Shown: in pieces, positions 57,440 through 64,000 of the stretch
Numbering within the stretch: the first letter of the stretch is position 1
Layout: every line of letters starts with the position of its first letter
NCBI GenBank assembly: GCA_036172245.1
Contig: JAYWIR010000051.1
Coordinates: forward strand, 310,001 to 374,000
DNA length: 64,000 nt
Direction of reading: 5' to 3'
Source of the DNA: Raillietiella orientalis
Taxonomy: Eukaryota
Made by a program: the position numbers and the translations under genes
Notes under the pieces: generated by a model
The model's database searches: none
What the model saw: only the letters and a program-made list of their open reading frames with translations
Told to the model about the DNA's origin: nothing

Positions 57440-60400
57440 GCAAGAAGGCACTCGGTTCGCAGGAAGCGGCATCCTGACAGACAGGATGGCCACTTTCCCG
57501 CCCCCCTCTCTCCTGCCGAGTCTGGAGTTTTTCCCTGAAAGCCTCCCGATATACGGATTATCCCATGGAGAAGGATTCTCGAGACCTTCGAACACGATCG
57601 GAAGAGGACTCGTCCGTCACCAGGAAAGGCGCTGGGGATCGGGGACTGCGTTTGGACCACTGCGGGTCAAAATCCGGTTCTCCTCGTGAGAAATCCATCT
57701 CCGCAGGCGTGGCAATACGGCTAGGCGCGATAGATGCGCGCGCCCCAGCCTGCGCCGGTGCATGCCGAGGACAGGGCGGCACCACTACAAACACGCCTCG
57801 TCAGAGATCATCGCAGAGTGGGAGACTGGCACACTAGAAGGTGGGAAGGTCCTCAGCATTTCCGAATGGGAGGTGGACTTGCCATGGTCGTAACTGCGGA
57901 GCTGCATTCGCTCCTGCCAGAGGGACTCTCCTGCGGAATCTTCTTGTGCCTCCCTCGATCGCGGGAAAAGCTCCAAGAGACGATTCAGCCCTCTGGAGCA
58001 AATTCCCCCTTGGAATGGAGGTTGTCCGCGGGTTGACTGCACGAGACAAAGCGAAGGTGCTGCCCTTCGGACGAGCGAACGGAATGCATCGAAAAGTTGT
58101 CTCTTCTGCCGCCCTCCCCTCCCACCCTCAGCCTTTCGTCTGTTAGTCTTCGTTCTTTCTCCGCAGCAAACAACCTCGGAAGCTCCTAGGAGGATGACTG
58201 CATTGCTTTCTCGGCGAAGACTTCCTCGGAGCAGCCTCACCAGCCTTCCGGGCCTTCATCTCCCAAGGCAGGATCCAGCACAGACGCAACAGACGGGCGT
58301 CATGTTCGGAATAAAAAAGGGGAAAGGAAATTTTCACTCACCTCGCACCTTTCTTCCCGCCCTCGGATGAGGAACTTCCGGAGTGCTCAAGGAACACATC
58401 TTTTCCCGCTTTTCGACAAAGCGTGGAGCGCATCGGTCCGCCAGGAATGGCTCGCAGGTCCACGCAGGCGGAGCGCAGAAGAGAACAGCCTTCCTCGTCC
58501 GGGAGCGCTACTTTGGCAGATTCCCTCTTCAGCTCGCTGACGAGCACGGGGAGACGTCCGGAAACTCCCGCGAAGAACGGCCAGAGGGATGCCTTCTTTC
58601 CAGAAAGAGCGGTTGTTCCACACGAAGCATCAAGGGAAGGACTGGCGAACCAGCCAGCAAGAGTGGGGGGAAGAAGCCTTTCACCCCAGGGGACTTCATT
58701 AGGTTCTCGGTGGCGTTTCCATGCTTGACCAAGTCCAAAGCTTAGCGATGAACATGGACGGATGTGCTGATGCTGAATGCTCCTCAGGTGTGTGTGTGTG
58801 TTCTGGCAATAGGCGACTCCGTGTACCCAGTCTCCTCCTACCTCACCTTGCTGACTGGGGTGGAATACTTTCCACTCTTGCTGATAGCAAAGATGAACCG
58901 ACGACAGGATTTTTCCCGTCTCCTGATCGCCGATATCCGCCTCCAATACGGAGACCTCTGAGATCTTCTACGGAACAACTGGACGGTATCTGCGGTCCTC
59001 TATGGCGTGCTCGACGAAGGTGGAATGCGAAGGCTAAAGAGGATGCATGATCCCCTTCCCCCTCCTATCGATTTCTGCCGCACCACTCGGACTCGTAAAT
59101 CCCACCCCATGAGAGGAACGGACCTACCAAGAAAATGCGCTTTTTTTCCACAGAAGTCTTTCACCCCGGCGCACCGGGATGTTCCTTAAAAGCAATGAAA
59201 GCGCATTTCGAGACGCAAGAAGAGCTTGAAAGAAAGGAGCTCGTTCTGTGTGGACATTGGGAGGAGCAGGGGGGAAAAGGGAAGACCATAAATAAAAGGG
59301 ATGGGAATGACTCGCCCTATTCCAGCAGTTCTTTCCTTCTCTCAGTCCGACCACAATAAGCCAGGCAAGTGCTCATTCTTCGCCGCAGCATCCAAGTACA
59401 CCTCCGCTTCACGAGTAACGATAGGAAGGCTGGAAATGATGTCTTTACGTTCCGGCAGTGGGCCTCCCTTGCAAGATGAGCCAGTGCGGATGAAGCGCGA
59501 CTCTGATTCTGAGGCCCATGAGCTGTTGAGAGCCCTTTGGTAACGAAGTCACCTCTTTCGAGTTGATCCTCCTCCATGCACTTCCACCCTTCACCTTCGC
59601 TTTACACTTCGACCCCGGTCGAGCACTACGACCGTCCAGCTGCTGAGGGATATAGGCTAGTCTCTGAAGCTGGCCTGCACCGCAGAAAACTCAGAGGAAC
59701 ACTTCGGATGCCTTTTCTTGGTTTCAGGGGCGATCCATCTCAGTGCTATTACAGCTCCTCTATGTGCTGCAGCCCGAGGGACTTGTCGCGAATTCCTCTT
59801 CTGGAAGACCAAGATGATCAGATTAGCGTCCTGGACCCTTGAGTCAGTTTCCTCGTGATGAACCAACTGGGCTGGATCTTGAAGGGAAGCTGCCCTAGAT
59901 CCTGAAAACTCGCTCTTCATCCTTCCCATCAGAGTGATGTTTGCCAAGTCTTTAGCTAGAGGAGGGAACATCCATCACCATTCCTGCAGCGTCCTCTCTC
60001 GGAACAAGGAATGAAGCAGCATAACCCTGATCCGCATTTTTTGTGGCAAATTTTTTTTTTCCAGATGGATTATCAGAGAGCAGCATCAATGCTCCTTTCC
60101 ATGTTTTATTTTTTTCTAATTAATCAAGGTCCAGCTGATTTTCAGATAACACAGGACCACAAATAATGGTTGGATGCCAAGTGTGCATTGTGGTTGAGTA
60201 CGAAGGGCATGGTGCCCATCGCGATAAAGGAGTTTGTCTATCCACCAACTTCAGTTTCATCATTCATATGAAATTCTGTGTTGGAAAAATCTGAGGGATA
60301 TCAAAGAACACTGACGCTTAACCATAACGTCCTTCCAACTCAAAGATATGAACGAGATAATCATCTCTACTGTCCTGCGATGTTCTCCAAGCGATCGTGC

Positions 60401-62220
60401 CGAATTCCTAGAAATATTCAGAAAATTCAGGGACTGCTCCCAACTTTCCATGCTCGTAGCAGCTTCAGTTTTCCTTAAGGCAACCGGTTTCTCCGGTTTG
60501 AGGCGAAGAGTCAACCCGAATCCACAGCTGCTCCCGTCCGAGTCTAGCAGGCATGCTGGCAATGCCACAGGGTACTTTGACTTCAGTCCCTGGGTCAACT
60601 GCCATCTTTGTCCAAGAATGTTGCAGCGTCTGATGGACAACTTCCAGGATGGCCATGCATGCATGCATGTTTACTCAATAGCGTTAGATGTACACAGGAT
60701 AGGTGCTGAGTTGGTCTTTTAGCACCACCTGCGAAGCAGGACAATCGGAATAGTGATCCTGAGGAAGAGGCGAAGGGAGAACGAAGTGCCTGTCGTATTT
60801 CTGACTCAAGGATGTACACCATCAAAGTACCTGTCAGGGGCACCCAGACTAGCTTGCAAGCTGCAAGTGTTGGCTTGGAAACGAGAAAGGCCAAGAGGCA
60901 ATTGCTGTCACAAGCAGAGAAACTGGCGAGTGCGTTGACATTCTTCAACCTCCAAAGTCACGTCACCTCTGCAGCAGCACTGAATCCAAGGCAAGGGCGC
61001 CTCCAAATGCGGCACGCTGCGGGCAGGCATTCTCGCCCTCCCCCCCTCCCCTCGACAGAATGCTCAGCGAGAGAAAATGACACGCTCCTCTTCACTCTGA
61101 ATGGCTCACGGAAGGACGTGCGCAGAACTTCCCTAGCCAGTCTCCAGGGACTTGTTTCTTTCTCACTGCTCTTGATTCCCAACATCTCAACTTGTAGCCT
61201 AGAGACCTAGGCATTTTGGATCTGAATGATCGATTGTCGAGGATCTACACGATACTCAATTGCTGAATTACCTCTGGACCACCTAAATGATTGCTCAGTT
61301 TTCTAGGAATAACAGTGCATTTCTGCTGGCCAACTGTCTTTTTGAACCTCATTTCCGGAATGGGTGCAGAAACCAGCAACCGTCCAAATGAGGGATTTCA
61401 ACCTAAAACTCCTTCCTTTTCCTCGCATTTATTCTCACTTCCTGTGATGACGAGAACTCCTTTGGGAATCCCTTACTTCTCCATTTTGTGGGCAGCTGCT
61501 GAAGTTACCACAGAGTTGCAAATACTTGAGTGATAAACAAGTAGAGAAGGATGCTTCTGGACTTCATTAAGCATCTACTGATCGATAGATCTTTTCCAAA
61601 GCTATGACGCTGGATATGATTATCTGCTTTCCCAACTAACATTTGAGCTTGTTGTCTGCAGCCCCCACACGGCCCTTTTATTGTCACCGATCGAAAAAAC
61701 CGATGTTACATCATCGCGACTTTTGGACAAAGTTGCCGCCACACAAAGCTCTTCCGTATGCTGCAGTTCGAGGGGCATGTCGCGAGCCCTCTCCTGGAAG
61801 ATCGGATCAGCGCCAGGAGCCCTTGAGTCGATTCCCTCGTCATGATGTTGACCTGTCGTATGAAATTCTGAACTTTCGTATGACCTCAACCTGGTTTATC
61901 CCAAGAGTTGACCCATGGATGTGCCGAAGCGAACCGCATTCTGTTCTTTGTAATGGAATGGCTGACACCCCAGATAAACTAACCTTTGACACTCGCTTTT
62001 ATTGTTTTCAACGCACGATTCTCACAGTCCATCGCTAAACCTAGTCACACTTCCCATCTGGTGGTGCTACTGACTCACAAAATGCATACACGCTCGTCAG
62101 TCGCTGTAGGAGATTGTAGGAAACCCATGAGGGAGTCATCTACACTCCTTGCCCCAGTTCGACCCTCTCTAAGGGAAGCAAAGGACGGTCTTAATCTGTT
62201 AAGGAGGCAAGTGACCTGCT
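57440..62220 (-). pseudogene. Array D: about 11 degenerate core-histone remnants, all - strand
   Basis: H3 ~58250-58140 (RLVRLLRGSLRRESNAVILLGASEVVCCGERTKTN). H3 ~58940 (ISAIRRREKS). H3 59971-59790 ([28 protein letters not shown]). H3 ~60500 (RLKPEKPVALRK..LNFLNISRNSA). H2B ~60900 (LASF..SEIRQALR). H3 ~61150 ([21 protein letters not shown]). H2B ~61850 (QHHDEGIDSRA). H4 ~57570 (GIIRISG). Confidence 0.65.
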
Positions 62221-62639
62221 TCACTGCAGCACAAAGAAAAGAAATTTCTTGGTGCGTCGACAACACGGGAACGTACGGAAGCGGCGAATTACACGCTGGG
62301 GTGTGCTGCTGGGGATTCCCTCAGAGTACCTGAAGTGACCTCCAGCATGCTGGAGCAGTCGCATGAGGACGGCCTGGAAGCAGGACGATGGAAATCCTTG
62401 GGTCCTTTTTTTTTCTTCTGTATTTGCTATTTTTCTTTCAGCTTTTTTTTTTAAGAGTTTTCTTTTTCTTTTGGCTCGCTAAGTAAACCTCAAGAGCCGG
62501 TCGCGTGCCTCGCGGCGCACGTGGCACTTTTTAAACATTAAACACAGTTTTGTTTCCACGCCTCTCCGCCCGCGGCAACCCGCAGGGGAAGGTGTAATTC
62601 TTCAGTGTAATTCTTCAGGATAAGGGGCACCCCGGGATG

Positions 62640-64000
62640 AGGGTCCGCCCTATGAATCCAGGAAGGGCTCGGAGTCCGTTCCTCTCACGCTTCGGGAAGG
62701 ATTCTACCCCATCCGGGGCGGATCGCACCTCCCACCCTGGTTGTCTCCGAAGGGGAACCCCAAAGGGAACCTCCTTCCTCATTCCCTCCGGAGAGAGGTT
62801 TGCCCGTGTTCAACTTCTCCGAAGGGAACCCAAAAAGGGACCCGCTAGTAGGAATTTCTTCTCCGGAGGGAACCCGCAAGGGAACCGCTCCTGTTCACTC
62901 CTCTGAAGAGAACCCCGAAGGGACGCTTCCGAAACTCAGAAGGGGCGCTGCAGCTTCCCGCAGGGAATCGCTCTCGCTTGCTTCCTTGCACTCTCGTAGA
63001 GGTGGCGACCCGGAGGGTTCCCCCAGCAACAGGGGGGATCCGCTCCTTTAAACAACTGAGATTGTCAGGGATCGAGCATTGGGTTTTGCATTGGGGGAAC
63101 CCGTGCAAAGTGCGTCTCTGTCACTGGCCCCAGGGGAATGTGGGCGCAAGGAGAGAGGGAGACCTTCCGCGCCTGCTGCTAGACTGTGCTGTCCTCAACA
63201 CTCCTTTGGGACTGCCTCGCAGCGACTCCTCAGATCCCGGAGAAGCAGCCACAGGGTCATTTTGAAACGCTTCTTTGTACGCGGTGCCCCTCTGTCTCCA
63301 TGCGTGTCCATCACAGTTCTCTGCTGTCTTGACGGGATCACGGCGGCCTGGAAGCAGGAAGAGGCCGGAATGGAGGGAACGCTATCCGCTGAACGCTATC
63401 CGGAATCTTCTACGAGTTGTCCCAGATGAGCGGAAGCGGAACGGCATGCGTGCATGCTTGACCTCTTCGTGCTCCCCGGTCTGAGGTCCCGAGCCTGTGT
63501 CCCCTCGGCTCCCTCCGTCCCTAGGAAGCCCCGCCGCTTACCTCCCCCGGGAGGAGGCACGGCTTTTCCTCGTCGAGGTCTCGCAGTCGCGGGAGCATCC
63601 GCGGCTCCTTTGGACAGTATCCCGGACTCCCTCTGTTCCCCCCCACTTTCCCTGCTTTTCCCGGCTTCACGGTGCGAAGGATCCTCGCGAGTGTCTCACA
63701 GCGGTAGACCACCACGGGCACCGCGGCACGCAGGCGTTTTTGCAGCTGTGCCCCCCTCCGGAACGGCACGGCCACCGTGCAGGGGGAGAGATCGTACCTC
63801 CAGGTTTCCTGACAGTGAACTGAGAGAAGGGGAGAGGAAGTGCTCACTCCGGGAGCAAAGAGCCTTCAAAAGCCAAGGAGGGAGGCAAAAGCGGAGGAGA
63901 ATAAGGGGAGCAAGTGCGCGTGCGCTCCCACGGGGAGGAGCAAGGAGGAGAAGGACCGCACTTCGCGCGCTCCAAGTCAATCGCAGGCAGCTGAGAAGGT
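62640..64000 (+). mobile_element. Degenerate LINE 5' part, running off the window end
   Basis: Starts ccctatgaatccaggaa, the reverse complement of 1670-1686. Contains four ~28-bp subrepeats and a knuckle-like HGHRA ~63770. Confidence 0.5.
62745..62926 (+). repeat. Four imperfect ~28-bp direct repeats (tctccgaagggaacccNaagggaacc)
   Basis: Units at ~62745, ~62816, ~62860 and ~62899, with unequal spacers. Confidence 0.75.

Noticed and set aside
62745..62926. CRISPR-like spaced repeats
   Set aside because: Eukaryotic context, degenerate repeats, very unequal spacers and no cas genes; belongs to a dispersed repeat family.

Overview
Eukaryotic (metazoan, probably invertebrate) genomic DNA; the organism cannot be identified from the sequence. 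I can build two spliced protein-coding genes, both on +. One is a compact FBXW5-like F-box/WD40 gene (14784-16629; 4 exons; introns of 200, 40 and 46 nt). The other is a secreted, probably acatalytic alpha-carbonic-anhydrase-related gene of the CA10/CA11/CARP type (27885 to at least 56138; 9 or more coding exons; 17-kb first intron). Most of the remaining DNA is two kinds of decayed debris in alternating blocks. The first is nested fragments of an L1/Tx1-type non-LTR retrotransposon family (APE, RT and CCHC motifs, a shared AATAAA-plus-hairpin 3' end, and one copy with a target-site duplication), plus one piggyBac deletion derivative. The second, and the main surprise, is four long blocks of dozens of back-to-back, heavily degenerated core-histone (H2A/H2B/H3/H4) coding remnants. 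Every unit I could read within a block lies on one strand, in irregular order: about 9.0-14.8 kb (-), 16.9-18.1 kb (-), 28.2-38.5 kb (+, inside CARP intron 1) and 57.4-62.2 kb (-). The histone and LINE assignments are by-eye alignments to canonical sequences recalled from memory. Their boundaries are approximate and they need profile-HMM confirmation.
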